Part shown: positions 8,572 to 18,842 of the stretch, one piece after another
How the letters are laid out: each line of letters begins with the position of its first letter
Position numbering within the stretch: position 1 is the first letter of the stretch
DNA from: an uncultured Pelagibacteraceae bacterium
Lineage (GTDB): Bacteria > Pseudomonadota > Alphaproteobacteria > Pelagibacterales > Pelagibacteraceae
Assembly (NCBI GenBank): GCA_902596975.1
Contig: CACJWS010000003.1
Span: 37,914 to 101,913 of the forward strand
Direction: 5' to 3'
Length of the DNA: 64,000 nt
Position numbers and translations under genes: made by a program
The notes under the pieces: generated by a model
Told to the model about the DNA's origin: nothing
The model's database searches: none
Seen by the model: the letters and a program-made list of their open reading frames with translations, nothing else

Positions 8572-11249
8572 TAAAAAGAGATCTTTACTATGAGAGAATA
8601 CCCACAAAAACTTTAAGAGAAGATGTTAAATTTTTAGGAACTGTGCTTGGGAATGTAATTAAAGAACAAGAAGGAGAAAGTTTTTATAATCTTGTTGAAA
8701 AAATTAGAAAGTTGTCAAAAGCAAACAGAAAACAAAAAAGATCATATAAAAAAATATCTAAAGAAATAAAAAGTATAAATCCAAAAAATACTTACAAGAT
8801 TGCAAGAGCATTTAATCATTTCATGAATTTTATAAATCTAGCAGAATCTATCGATGCATCCAGACAACTTAATCAATATGAAAATAAAAGAGACGATAAA
8901 AATCAAAAAAATATTTTTATAGAGGAAATTTTCGAGAAATTATTTAAAAACAAAAAAATTAATAATAATAAAATTTATAGTTTTGCAAAAAATCTAAATA
9001 TTGGAATAGTTTTGACAGCTCATCCAACAGAGGTCAAAAGAAGAACTTTAATTCAAAAATATCATAAAATTACAGAAATACTTGAAGATAGAGAGTTATT
9101 TAAAGATCACTCTTTGAAAATAAAATCTTTAAATAAAAAAATTCACGATGAATTTACCATTATCTGGAATACAGATGACTTAAAAAGATCAAAACCGTCT
9201 CCAGCCGATGAAGCTCGATGGGGTCTTGCTATAATAGAAGATAGTCTTTGGGAAACTGTTCCAAAAGTCTACAGAAGACTTAATGAGATATTTTTGAAAA
9301 ATATGGGCAAAGGTTTGCCAAAAAATTTTAATCCTATTGAGTTTGGATCATGGATGGGTGGTGATAGAGATGGAAATCCAAATGTAACTTCAAAAGTAAC
9401 TAAAGAAGTTTTGTTATTATCAAGATGGGAAGCAGCAAAATTATATGAAAAAGAACTCACTAAATTAATTAGATCATATTCAATGAAAAAGTGTTCAAAA
9501 AAAATTCAAAAACTTACAGGAAAATCATTTGAACCTTACAGAGTTTTCTTAAGACCTTTAAGAGATAAAATGCGATTTACTCATCGAGCAATTGAACAGT
9601 TTATAGTGAACAAAAAACCTTTAGACTATAAAAAATTGCTAAACTCGAAAGAGGAAATTTTAAAACCTCTTAGAATTGTCCGTGAGTCCTTAGAGGAAAA
9701 TCAAAGTGAAAATATAGCAAGTGGCGAATTATTAGATTTAATGAGAAGAGCAAAATGTTTTGGAATTAATCTGGCAAAACTAGATATTAGACAAGAATCA
9801 TCTAGACACTCACAATTAATTAATGAACTTGTTCAGAAAAAAAATAGACAAAATTATTTACAATGGAGAGAGGAGGAAAAAATTAAATTTTTATCATCTA
9901 AGATGAAAAAAAAATCTAATTTCATCAAAAATTTTAATTTTAAAAATAAAGAAAACAAAGAAGTTTGGTCAACATTTAAAATTTTATCTGAAGAGCCACC
10001 TGAATGTTTGGGGGCTTATGTTATTTCAATGACATCATCTGCATCTGACATTCTCTCTGTTTTATATTTGCAAAAGGAGGCAAATATTAAGAATAAATTA
10101 AGAGTTGTTCCTTTATTTGAAACATTAGATGACTTAATCAATGCAAAATCAATAATGGCCAGCTTATTTTCATTAAAGTGGTACAGAGATTTAATAAAAT
10201 ATAAACAAGAAGTCATGATTGGATATTCAGACTCAAGCAAAGATGCTGGAAAAATTTGTGCAAGTTGGCATCAATATAAGGCTCAAGAAGAAATTATAAA
10301 AATTGCAAAAAAATATAAAATAGATGTTACTTTTTTTCATGGAAGAGGTGGTTCAGCAGGTAGAGGTGGAGGCCCAATTCAAGCTACTTTAAAATCTCAG
10401 CCGCCAGATACAGTGAATGGAAAAATTAGAATAACCGATCAAGGAGAAGTTATTCAGCAGAAATATGGATATCAGCCTTTAGCAATTTATAATTTGTGTA
10501 GCTATATAGGAGCGGTAATGGAGGCAACATTAACACCACCTCCAGTCCCTAAAAAAGATTGGAGAAATCTAATTGAAAAAATGTCTGATATTTCAAAAAG
10601 TTCATATAGAAAAAATATTAATCAAAGTTCAGATTTTATTAAATATTTTAAAACCGTTACGCCACATGTGTCTTTAGGAAAACTTTCAATTGGATCAAGA
10701 CCGTCTAAAAGAAAGAATATTGATAATATCAAAGGTTTAAGAGCAATACCCTGGGTATTTGCTTGGACACAAATAAGACTAATGCTCCCAGCATGGCTTG
10801 GAAGTGCAGAAGCTTTAAGATATTCATCGATAGAAAAATTTGAGAAAACACTAATAGATATGGAAAAAAATTGGCCTTTCTTCAATTCAATGATGGATAT
10901 CTTGGATATGGTAATTTCAAAAGTGGACCCAGATATTTCAAAAATATATGAGGAATACTTAGCTGACAAAGATTTAAAAAGAGTTGGAAAAAAACTTAGG
11001 TTCCAATTCGAAGTTATTAAAAAATTAAATAAAAAGATTACGCCTAAAGAAATTATAAATGAAAGAAAAAAATTTAGATCAGGAGTTATTGTAAGAAATA
11101 TTTACACAGAAGTATTAAATATAATTCAAGCAGTAGTTATGAATAAAATCAAAAACAAAAAATTAAATTCAGATAAAAAAAATGATCTTAATGATGCATT
11201 GTTAACATCTATTGCAGGTATTTCAGCTGCAATGAAAAATACTGGTTAA
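8568..11249 (+). CDS. ppc: Phosphoenolpyruvate carboxylase
   Basis: 893 aa. VLTAHPTE, GYSDSSKDAG, FHGRGGSAGRGGGP, C-terminal NTG. The ATG overlaps the lactonase stop (ATGA). Confidence 0.95.
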   Translation: MIKRDLYYERIPTKTLREDVKFLGTVLGNVIKEQEGESFYNLVEKIRKLSKANRKQKRSYKKISKEIKSINPKNTYKIARAFNHFMNFINLAESIDASRQLNQYENKRDDKNQKNIFIEEIFEKLFKNKKINNNKIYSFAKNLNIGIVLTAHPTEVKRRTLIQKYHKITEILEDRELFKDHSLKIKSLNKKIHDEFTIIWNTDDLKRSKPSPADEARWGLAIIEDSLWETVPKVYRRLNEIFLKNMGKGLPKNFNPIEFGSWMGGDRDGNPNVTSKVTKEVLLLSRWEAAKLYEKELTKLIRSYSMKKCSKKIQKLTGKSFEPYRVFLRPLRDKMRFTHRAIEQFIVNKKPLDYKKLLNSKEEILKPLRIVRESLEENQSENIASGELLDLMRRAKCFGINLAKLDIRQESSRHSQLINELVQKKNRQNYLQWREEEKIKFLSSKMKKKSNFIKNFNFKNKENKEVWSTFKILSEEPPECLGAYVISMTSSASDILSVLYLQKEANIKNKLRVVPLFETLDDLINAKSIMASLFSLKWYRDLIKYKQEVMIGYSDSSKDAGKICASWHQYKAQEEIIKIAKKYKIDVTFFHGRGGSAGRGGGPIQATLKSQPPDTVNGKIRITDQGEVIQQKYGYQPLAIYNLCSYIGAVMEATLTPPPVPKKDWRNLIEKMSDISKSSYRKNINQSSDFIKYFKTVTPHVSLGKLSIGSRPSKRKNIDNIKGLRAIPWVFAWTQIRLMLPAWLGSAEALRYSSIEKFEKTLIDMEKNWPFFNSMMDILDMVISKVDPDISKIYEEYLADKDLKRVGKKLRFQFEVIKKLNKKITPKEIINERKKFRSGVIVRNIYTEVLNIIQAVVMNKIKNKKLNSDKKNDLNDALLTSIAGISAAMKNTG

Positions 11250-11957
11250 ATGATAGAATTATTTGTTGCATTTGGAGCTGGATTGATAAGCTTTTTGTCT
11301 CCATGTGTACTTCCATTAATACCTGGATATATATCTTATATTTCTGGAAGTTCTTTAAATGAGTTATTAGAAAAAAAAACAATTAATGTATTCCCTATAG
11401 TTTTATTTACTTTTGGTTTTTCAATTGTTTTTATAAGTTTCGGTGCTACCGCAACTTTTTTAGGTTCTTTAATTTTAAGTAACTCTTTTGAATTAAGAAT
11501 TATTGCAGGAAGTATAATAATTATTTTCTCCCTTCATATTATGGGATTAATTAATATTAAGTTTTTAAATTATGAAAAAAGAATTAATACTGATATTAAA
11601 TCAGGAAATTTTAGCTCAATATTAGTTGGTATGGCATTTGGATTTGGATGGACTCCATGCATTGGACCTATTTTAGGATCAATATTAGCTCTAGCTTCAA
11701 TTGAGCAAAGTTTGAACCGAGGTATATTGTTACTTGTGTTCTATTCACTTGGTTTGGCACTACCTTTTATTGCATCAGGCTATTTGATTCAACGTTTTAT
11801 GGTTGTTACAAAAAATCTAAAATCAAAAATGATAACTATTTCAAGAGTTGGTGGAGGATTATTATTGATAACAGGAATATTAATGATTACAAACCAGTTA
11901 CAAGCTTTAGGATTTTACATATTAAAGTATTTTCCTATACTTCAAAAACTCGGATAA
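11250..11957 (+). CDS. ccdA: Cytochrome c biogenesis thiol:disulfide transporter CcdA (DsbD-core family)
   Basis: Six-TM protein with LSPCVLPLIPGY and GWTPCIGPILG cysteine motifs. Starts immediately after the ppc stop. Confidence 0.85.
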   Translation: MIELFVAFGAGLISFLSPCVLPLIPGYISYISGSSLNELLEKKTINVFPIVLFTFGFSIVFISFGATATFLGSLILSNSFELRIIAGSIIIIFSLHIMGLINIKFLNYEKRINTDIKSGNFSSILVGMAFGFGWTPCIGPILGSILALASIEQSLNRGILLLVFYSLGLALPFIASGYLIQRFMVVTKNLKSKMITISRVGGGLLLITGILMITNQLQALGFYILKYFPILQKLG

Positions 11958-11959
11958 AA

Positions 11960-12547
11960 ATGAAAATATACCAAATCGATTGCAGCGCTAGAAAAGAAGG
12001 TTCTACCTCAAGGATGCTTGCAAAAAAAATACTTGATAAAGTTAAAAAAGATAATGATGAGGTCATTTATAGAGACCTAGATGACGAAATGCTTTTTATA
12101 TCTGGCTTAACTGAGTCTGGAATGAAAATTCCAGAGAATGAGCAAACAGATGAACATAAAAAAATGTTTGAATTATCTGATAAGTTAGTATCGGAGTTAA
12201 AAGAATGTGATGTAATTATTATATCAGTGCCAATTTATAATTTTGGCCCACCAGCAACCCTTAAAGCTTGGGCTGATCTTGCAGCCAGAGTAAAATTGAC
12301 ATTTAAATACGGGGATGACGGAAGAAGAAAAGGTTTATTAGAAGATAAGCAGGTATATTTAGTAATTACTTCTGGTGGAACAAAAATACAAGGGGAAGAA
12401 GACTTTTTAACTCCATGGTTGATACATATGTTAAATTTTTTTGGTATTAAAAAAATCGATATAGTTGCAGCAGATCAAATGGCTTTAGATTATGAAAAGT
12501 CGATAAAAAATGCTGAAGAAAAAATAAAAGAATTATTTAAAGATTAA
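11960..12547 (+). CDS. azoR: FMN-dependent NADH-azoreductase / flavodoxin-like quinone reductase
   Basis: 195 aa flavodoxin-like fold. VIIISVPIYNFGPPATLKAWAD motif typical of AzoR/AcpD. Confidence 0.7.
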   Translation: MKIYQIDCSARKEGSTSRMLAKKILDKVKKDNDEVIYRDLDDEMLFISGLTESGMKIPENEQTDEHKKMFELSDKLVSELKECDVIIISVPIYNFGPPATLKAWADLAARVKLTFKYGDDGRRKGLLEDKQVYLVITSGGTKIQGEEDFLTPWLIHMLNFFGIKKIDIVAADQMALDYEKSIKNAEEKIKELFKD

Positions 12548-13640
12548 ATTTTCTTTTTAAATGTCTAAGTTTACCTTCTGTACTGTCGAAATCAATGTAG
12601 CATCCTTGTAAATATCTATCACCTTCATTAACATCATATTTTGTTCTTCCATGAAGCAATCTATGATTGTCCATCATTAATAAATCTCCAGTATCTAATT
12701 TAAATTCAACTTTATATTTATCAGAGTTGTATAATTCAGAAATTTTATTTCTAGCTTTATAGAATAAATCCAATTTTGATTTTTCTAGTATTGGAGCATA
12801 ATCTAATCTAGGACTAAATCTAACTTGTTTAAAATTATTTTTTTCATCTAATTTAATTAACTCAGACATATCCTCTAGAACAACTGTTTTGTCTATAAAT
12901 TTAAATTTTACTTTAACTGAAGATAAAATTTCATAATATTCTGGATAATCCTCTTTGATTTTTTCACTTACTGTGTAGCCATCAACCAAGGTAGAATTTC
13001 CTCCACTCACATTATTGGTAATACAATGCAATAATTGAACACATGGAACTGGTTTTCTGTACGGATTATCTGTATGCGGAGATAATGCTAATGATGTATA
13101 GGCTAAATCATTTGGATTAGGTACAGATCTAACATTAAAAAATTCTCCAAAATTTGTTCTTCTGACACTACCAATTGAATTTGCAAAATTTATAATAAAA
13201 TTATCTTCAGTTGGAACATTTGTTAAAACTACAAAACCATATTTATAAAATGATACCAATAAATCATACATGATTTTTTTTTCAAATATGTCATTTTCAA
13301 ATTTAAATCTTTGAAAATTATTAAAATTTGAGTCCCATTTAATTTTATCAATTGAAATAGGATCAAGATTTTGAGATTTATACTCATTTAATATCTGATC
13401 TTCTTTTATTTTATAATTGGTCCCATCATTGAAAAATAAATTAAGCAATCCATCTTCATTCTCAATTTTTTCTATATCAATGTTAGTATTTATAGAATTT
13501 GGATCAAATAATCTTTGTTGATTTCCTTTATCCAGAGCATCTTCGTTATTTATTCTTTCTCTTAGCCAAAAAGGATGAATTTCTTCTTTATTATTACCGC
13601 TATTTATAAATACTTTTTTAGAATCAATTTCTATTTTCAT
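12537..13640 (-). CDS. Gamma-butyrobetaine hydroxylase-like Fe(II)/2-oxoglutarate dioxygenase (TauD/TfdA superfamily with N-terminal DUF971-like domain)
   Basis: HPFWLRE N-terminal domain. Facial triad SPHTDNPY (H-x-D) plus NHRLLHGR. 367 aa. Confidence 0.75.
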   Translation of the reverse strand: MKIEIDSKKVFINSGNNKEEIHPFWLRERINNEDALDKGNQQRLFDPNSINTNIDIEKIENEDGLLNLFFNDGTNYKIKEDQILNEYKSQNLDPISIDKIKWDSNFNNFQRFKFENDIFEKKIMYDLLVSFYKYGFVVLTNVPTEDNFIINFANSIGSVRRTNFGEFFNVRSVPNPNDLAYTSLALSPHTDNPYRKPVPCVQLLHCITNNVSGGNSTLVDGYTVSEKIKEDYPEYYEILSSVKVKFKFIDKTVVLEDMSELIKLDEKNNFKQVRFSPRLDYAPILEKSKLDLFYKARNKISELYNSDKYKVEFKLDTGDLLMMDNHRLLHGRTKYDVNEGDRYLQGCYIDFDSTEGKLRHLKRKFNL

Positions 13641-13727
13641 CTATCTGGATTCTTCTATCAAATTCAAAAATTTTCAAGATATTTTATTTGAACTAGTTGT
13701 ATATTTTAACTATTACTCATCAGATAA

Positions 13728-14531
13728 ATGACCTTCAAAGAAACAAAAGATTTCAAAATTTATTACACCTTTTTGAATAAGCTTGCTAAGGATTTAACTA
13801 ATTTTTATTACACTAAACTTAACAAAACTTTTACAATTAATAACAAGTTAAAAGGTAAAGGTTATGATCCTGTTACTAGTGCCGATAAAGCTTTTGAAAA
13901 ATTTATAAGAAAAAAGATTAATGCCAAGTTCCCAGATCACCAAATTATTGGTGAAGAGTTTGGAGTAAAAAAAACAAAAAGTCTATTTTCTTGGATAATT
14001 GATCCAATTGATGGAACAAGATCATTCGTTGCCGGTAATCCTACATGGAGCAATTTAATTTCTTTAAATTATAAGAATAAACCAATGGTTGGGTTAGCCA
14101 ATTTCCCAAGAATGAGAAGATACTATTTAAATCAAAATGACAAATCTGCTTTTGTATTTGAAAATGGAAAAAGAAGAAAATTAAAAGTTAACAAAAAAAT
14201 TAAATTTAATTATTTAAAGTTAGCTGCGGCTTTTCATGGAACTTTGTCTTTTCAAAAACAAAAAAAAATTATGAAATTTGTTAAGAGAATGCAGTTTCCA
14301 TGTTTCGATGCACTAACATACTGTCAATTAGCAGAAGGAAGATTAGATGTTGTAGCTCAATGTGCTAACAAAATTTGGGATATACATCCAATAATACCAA
14401 TTATAAAAGCATCAGGTGGAATTATTACTACATGGGATAATAAGGATGCTTCGTTGGGTGGAAATATAATTGTTTCAAATAATTCATCAAATCATAAAAA
14501 AATTTTAAAATTGCTCAAGCCAGCCATATGA
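13728..14531 (+). CDS. Inositol monophosphatase family phosphatase (possible histidinol-phosphatase HisN type)
   Basis: IIGEEFG, WIIDPIDGTRSF, KIWDIHP motifs. Confidence 0.8.
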   Translation: MTFKETKDFKIYYTFLNKLAKDLTNFYYTKLNKTFTINNKLKGKGYDPVTSADKAFEKFIRKKINAKFPDHQIIGEEFGVKKTKSLFSWIIDPIDGTRSFVAGNPTWSNLISLNYKNKPMVGLANFPRMRRYYLNQNDKSAFVFENGKRRKLKVNKKIKFNYLKLAAAFHGTLSFQKQKKIMKFVKRMQFPCFDALTYCQLAEGRLDVVAQCANKIWDIHPIIPIIKASGGIITTWDNKDASLGGNIIVSNNSSNHKKILKLLKPAI

Positions 14532-15253
14532 AAAATATAATTGTTCTTCAACACATTAAAATTGAGGATCCTGGTTATATTAAAGATTTAATGTTAGAGG
14601 ATAAAGTTAATATTAAAACTATAGAACTTGATGAGGGTGAAAAGATACCTGATGATTTAAATGGATTTGATGCAATGTTTTGTATGGGTGGACCAATGGA
14701 TACTTGGATGGAAAAAGATTACCCGTGGTTAATAGATGAGAAAAAGAAAATCAAAGAATTTGTTGTAGATTTAAATAAACCGTATTTAGGTTTTTGTTTA
14801 GGCTGTCAATTATTAGGAGAGGTAGTTGGAGGTAAAGTAGTTAAATCAAAAAATCCAGAAATAGGTATTTTAGATATTAATTTTTTAAATAGTAAAAAGG
14901 ATGATTTATTATTTAAAGAATATCCTGATATTATTAAATCACTTCAATGGCACTCATATGAAGTTCAAAATCTAGAAAATAATAATGATATAACTCTTTT
15001 AGCGTCATCTCCTGAAACGAAATACCAAATTTTTAAATACAAAAAACATGCTTACGGTATTCAATTTCATATAGAGATAAAAAATACTACTGTAGGAGAA
15101 TGGGGATGTGTGCCTGAATATAAGTCTGCTTTAGAAAGTCAGTTAGGAGAGGGAGCTCTTGATAAATTTGATAGTGATGCGAAAGACAATATTCAATCTA
15201 TGAACAAATATTCTAAAATTCTTTACGAAAACTTCAAAAAAATAGTGAATTAA
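14528..15253 (+). CDS. Class I glutamine amidotransferase-like protein
   Basis: Nucleophile elbow GFCLGCQLL and IQFHIE His-Glu pair. Overlaps the upstream gene by 4 nt. Confidence 0.8.
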   Translation: MKNIIVLQHIKIEDPGYIKDLMLEDKVNIKTIELDEGEKIPDDLNGFDAMFCMGGPMDTWMEKDYPWLIDEKKKIKEFVVDLNKPYLGFCLGCQLLGEVVGGKVVKSKNPEIGILDINFLNSKKDDLLFKEYPDIIKSLQWHSYEVQNLENNNDITLLASSPETKYQIFKYKKHAYGIQFHIEIKNTTVGEWGCVPEYKSALESQLGEGALDKFDSDAKDNIQSMNKYSKILYENFKKIVN

Positions 15254-15314
15254 ATCACTTTAGTTTACATAATTAATAAGTTAGATTTTTATTTTAATAA
15301 TATAGGAGAGAGAA

Positions 15315-16877
15315 ATGAAGTATGGGTATTTTATAAAAATTTTATTGGCTTTTTTTCTAGCTTTTGCTCCAACACAAGCATTTGCAAAAACTATTAAATG
15401 GTCAATGCAGGGTGATAGTTTAACACTTGATCCTCATGCTCAAAACGAAGGTCCTACCACTCAAGTATCTAGACAAGTATATGAGGCTCTAGTTACTAGG
15501 GGATTAGATATGAAAATTGGACCTCAACTAGCAACAGAGTGGAGAACTCAAGGTCCTAATACTTGGATCTTTAAATTAAGAGAAGATGTTAAATTTTCTG
15601 ACGGAACTCCATTTACATCTGAAGATGTTGTATTTAGTATTTTAAGAGCAAAACAAAGAACATCTGATTTTAAAGAATATATTAGTACAGTATCAGGTGT
15701 AAAAGCAGTTAATGACTACACAGTAGAAATAACAACAAGCAAACCAAATCCAATTCTTTTAAACCAACTTTCAAACATTTTTATTATGTCAAAAAAATGG
15801 AGTGAAAAGAATTTTGCAGTTATGGCGCAGAACTGGGATGCTGGACAAGAAACTTTTTCAGCTACAAATGCTATGGGAACTGGACCATTTAAAATTACAT
15901 TAAGAGAACCAAATACTAAAACAGTTTTCAAACGTAATAAAAAATGGTGGGGAACAATGAAAGATGATAAAGTAACAGAAATTCATCTACTACCTATAAA
16001 AAATGCAGCTACTAGAGTTGCAGCTCTTTTATCTGGTGAAATTGATGTTGTTACTGATGCACCTGTGCAGGATTTGGCTAGAATTAAAAATTCACCTGCT
16101 CACAAAGTTGAAAGCACCGCTCAAATGAGAACTATATTCCTAGGAATGGATCAGGGAGCAGATAAACTTAGAACAGGTAATACAGGTGATAACCCATTTA
16201 AAAAGAAAGCAGTTAGACAAGCTCTTTATCAAGCTATAGATATTGAGGCTATTAAGAAAAAAGTAATGAGAGGTTTAAGCGAACCTGCTGGAATAATTAC
16301 TTTTCCAGGTGTTAATGGATACACAGAGGAACTTGATAAGAGACTTCCTTATGATGTAGCTGCTGCAAAAAAACTTTTAGCTGATGCTGGATATCCAAAT
16401 GGATTTGAAGTTGAGCTTAGATGTCCAAATGACAGGTATGTAAATGATGAAGCTATATGTACAGCTGTTGTTGGTATGTTAGGTAAAATCGGTGTTAAAG
16501 TAAATTTATTTGCTCAAACAAAAAGTAAGCACTTTAAAGAACTAAAAGATAATCAAGGTGACTTTTATATGTTAGGTTGGGGAGTTCCAACTTTAGATAG
16601 TCATTATGTTTTCCATTACTTATATGAAAGTGGAGCAAGTTGGAACAGAGTTAACTTTAGTAACTCTGATGTAGATGCCGCGATAAGAGTTATGGAAGGT
16701 GAAGTTAACCTAGATAAGAGAAATGCTGCGATAGCTAAAGCTTGGAAAATAGTAAAAGATGATATATCTTATCTTCCTTTACATCACCAAGTTATATCTT
16801 GGGCTGCAAAAAAAGATGTTAATGTTCCGATAAGACCGAATAACGAACCGTTATTCCGTTTTGCGAGCTTTGACTAA
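15315..16877 (+). CDS. ABC transporter substrate-binding protein, family 5 (DppA/OppA peptide/opine type), secreted
   Basis: Signal peptide ending AFA, 520 aa, family-5 SBP architecture. GGAGAG RBS. Ala/Gly-richer composition than its neighbours. Confidence 0.85.
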   Translation: MKYGYFIKILLAFFLAFAPTQAFAKTIKWSMQGDSLTLDPHAQNEGPTTQVSRQVYEALVTRGLDMKIGPQLATEWRTQGPNTWIFKLREDVKFSDGTPFTSEDVVFSILRAKQRTSDFKEYISTVSGVKAVNDYTVEITTSKPNPILLNQLSNIFIMSKKWSEKNFAVMAQNWDAGQETFSATNAMGTGPFKITLREPNTKTVFKRNKKWWGTMKDDKVTEIHLLPIKNAATRVAALLSGEIDVVTDAPVQDLARIKNSPAHKVESTAQMRTIFLGMDQGADKLRTGNTGDNPFKKKAVRQALYQAIDIEAIKKKVMRGLSEPAGIITFPGVNGYTEELDKRLPYDVAAAKKLLADAGYPNGFEVELRCPNDRYVNDEAICTAVVGMLGKIGVKVNLFAQTKSKHFKELKDNQGDFYMLGWGVPTLDSHYVFHYLYESGASWNRVNFSNSDVDAAIRVMEGEVNLDKRNAAIAKAWKIVKDDISYLPLHHQVISWAAKKDVNVPIRPNNEPLFRFASFD

Positions 16878-16888
16878 ATAATTTATTA

Positions 16889-16914
16889 CAAGCCCTTTTT
16901 AATTAAAGGGCTTG
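16889..16914 (+). terminator. Perfect 10-bp stem-loop after the SBP gene (attenuator or 3' stabiliser; no U-tract)
   Basis: caagcccttt-ttaatt-aaagggcttg, 12 nt after the stop codon and 22 nt before the permease start. Confidence 0.5.
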
Positions 16915-16936
16915 TATAAAAATAAAATTTCATAAA

Positions 16937-17920
16937 TTGATAAAGTATTTTTTCAAACGATTGTTTCAATCTGCAATGGTTATGCTTGTCGTAGCTTTTG
17001 TATCTTTCTCTCTTTTTAATTTTGTAGGAGATCCAATTAATAACATGGTGGGTGAGGAAACTTCAGATGAAGAAAGAGCCGAGTTAAGAGAAACTTTGGG
17101 TTTAATGGACCCAATTCATGTACAATTTACTAGGTTTATAATCAATGCTTCAAAAGGAGAATTTGGAATATCTTATCAATTAAGAAGACCTGTATCAGAA
17201 TTAATAATTGAAAGATTACCAGCAACAATTGAATTAGTTTTAATATCTGCTCTAATTGCATTGGTTTCTGGTACTTTATTGGGAGTATATACAGGCATAA
17301 AAAGAAAAGGTTTTTTGAGTGATTTTATACTAGCAGTTTCATTATTAGGTGTTTCTCTTCCAACTTTTGTAATTGGTATTTTATTCATTTATCTTTTTGC
17401 AGTTATATTGGGCGTTCTACCATCTTTTGGAAGAGGTGAAGTGGTAGATCTAGGATTTTGGTCGACAGGCTTTTTAACCATATCAGGTTTAAAAGCAATT
17501 ATATTACCGTCAGTTACTTTAAGTCTTTTTCAAATGACTTATATAATCAGACTTGTTAGAGCTGAAATGATGGAAATACTTCAGACTGATTACATAAAGT
17601 TTGCAAGAGCCAGAGGTATTAATGAAAAAAGTATTAATTACAAGCACGCACTTAAAAATGGACTAATTCCAGTAATAACTATTGCTGGTATAAATATTGG
17701 AACATTAATTGCATTTTCAATTATTACGGAAACAGTATTTCAATGGCCAGGTATGGGATTTCTTTTCATTCAAGCTGTGCAGTTTGTAGATATTCCAATT
17801 ATGTCGGCATATTTAGTATTTATAGCATTCGTTTTTGTAATGATAAATTTTATAGTCGATATCTTGTATTACTTTATAGATCCAAGAATTAGAGTTAAAG
17901 GAGATTCTGCTAGTGGATAA
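16937..17920 (+). CDS. ABC transporter permease (DppB/OppB type)
   Basis: Six-TM binding-protein-dependent permease with an EAA-loop region (YIKFARARG). TTG start. Confidence 0.9.
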   Translation: MIKYFFKRLFQSAMVMLVVAFVSFSLFNFVGDPINNMVGEETSDEERAELRETLGLMDPIHVQFTRFIINASKGEFGISYQLRRPVSELIIERLPATIELVLISALIALVSGTLLGVYTGIKRKGFLSDFILAVSLLGVSLPTFVIGILFIYLFAVILGVLPSFGRGEVVDLGFWSTGFLTISGLKAIILPSVTLSLFQMTYIIRLVRAEMMEILQTDYIKFARARGINEKSINYKHALKNGLIPVITIAGINIGTLIAFSIITETVFQWPGMGFLFIQAVQFVDIPIMSAYLVFIAFVFVMINFIVDILYYFIDPRIRVKGDSASG

Positions 17921-18842
17921 TAAAGCATTAACAACTTGGGATAAAATAAAAGATAGTGAAATTTATTTTAGTTTTATAAAATCTCCTACAGCAATAGTTT
18001 CATCGATTTTATTAGCAATAATATTTTTCTGTTCATTTTTTGTAGAATTTATTACACCTTATAATCCATTCGACCCATCATCTTTATCTTTAATGGACGC
18101 TTTCACTCCACCATCTTGGACAAGCGAAGGAAAAGTAGAATTTTTACTTGGTACTGATGGACAAGGAAGAGATATGTTATCGACTATTCTTTATGGATCT
18201 AGAATATCTTTAATAGTTGGTTTTTCAGCAATTTTATTTAGTTTAATTTTAGGAGTTGGATTAGGTCTTACTGCTGGTTTTTTTGGTGGTAAGTATGAAA
18301 TGATTGTTATGCGATTAACTGATGTTCAGTTAACGGTTCCAAGTATTTTGATGGCACTTCTTGTTGATGGTATTGCGCGAGGTATAATTTCGCGTGAACT
18401 TCATGACGAAATGGCAATATATGTTTTAATTTTTGCAATTGGTATTTCAGAGTGGCCACAGTTTGCAAGAGTATCAAGAGCAGCAACTTTAGTTGAAAAA
18501 AATAAAGATTATGTTTCAGCTTCAACAATCATTGGAGTTTCTAATTTTATAGTAATGTTTAAGCATATTCTTCCAAATATAATAAGACCAGTTCTTGTTA
18601 TAGGAACTATAGGTCTTGCATTAGCAATCATTGCGGAAGCCACATTGAGTTTTCTGGGTGTTGGCGTTCCTCCAACAACTCCTTCTTTAGGAACTTTAAT
18701 TAGACTTGGAAATGACTTTCTATTTTCTGGTGAATGGTGGATTACCTTTTTTCCAGCAATATTCTTAGTTGTTTTAGCTTTTTCCATTAATCTATTAGGA
18801 GATTGGATGAGAGACACACTTAATCCTAAATTAAAAAAATGA
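17913..18842 (+). CDS. ABC transporter permease (DppC/OppC type)
   Basis: LGTDGQGRDMLS N-terminal motif, permease core. Overlaps the upstream gene by 8 nt. Confidence 0.9.
   Translation: MDNKALTTWDKIKDSEIYFSFIKSPTAIVSSILLAIIFFCSFFVEFITPYNPFDPSSLSLMDAFTPPSWTSEGKVEFLLGTDGQGRDMLSTILYGSRISLIVGFSAILFSLILGVGLGLTAGFFGGKYEMIVMRLTDVQLTVPSILMALLVDGIARGIISRELHDEMAIYVLIFAIGISEWPQFARVSRAATLVEKNKDYVSASTIIGVSNFIVMFKHILPNIIRPVLVIGTIGLALAIIAEATLSFLGVGVPPTTPSLGTLIRLGNDFLFSGEWWITFFPAIFLVVLAFSINLLGDWMRDTLNPKLKK

Noticed and set aside
13728-14531. The idea that the HisD paralogue at 44969-46255 is simply the housekeeping hisD working with the IMPase-family (HisN-like) gene at 13728-14531.
   Set aside because: This cannot be excluded without the rest of the genome, but the two genes are 30 kb apart, on different strands, and neither is next to other his genes. 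It is kept as an explicit refutation test in the sulfonate finding rather than as the primary reading.
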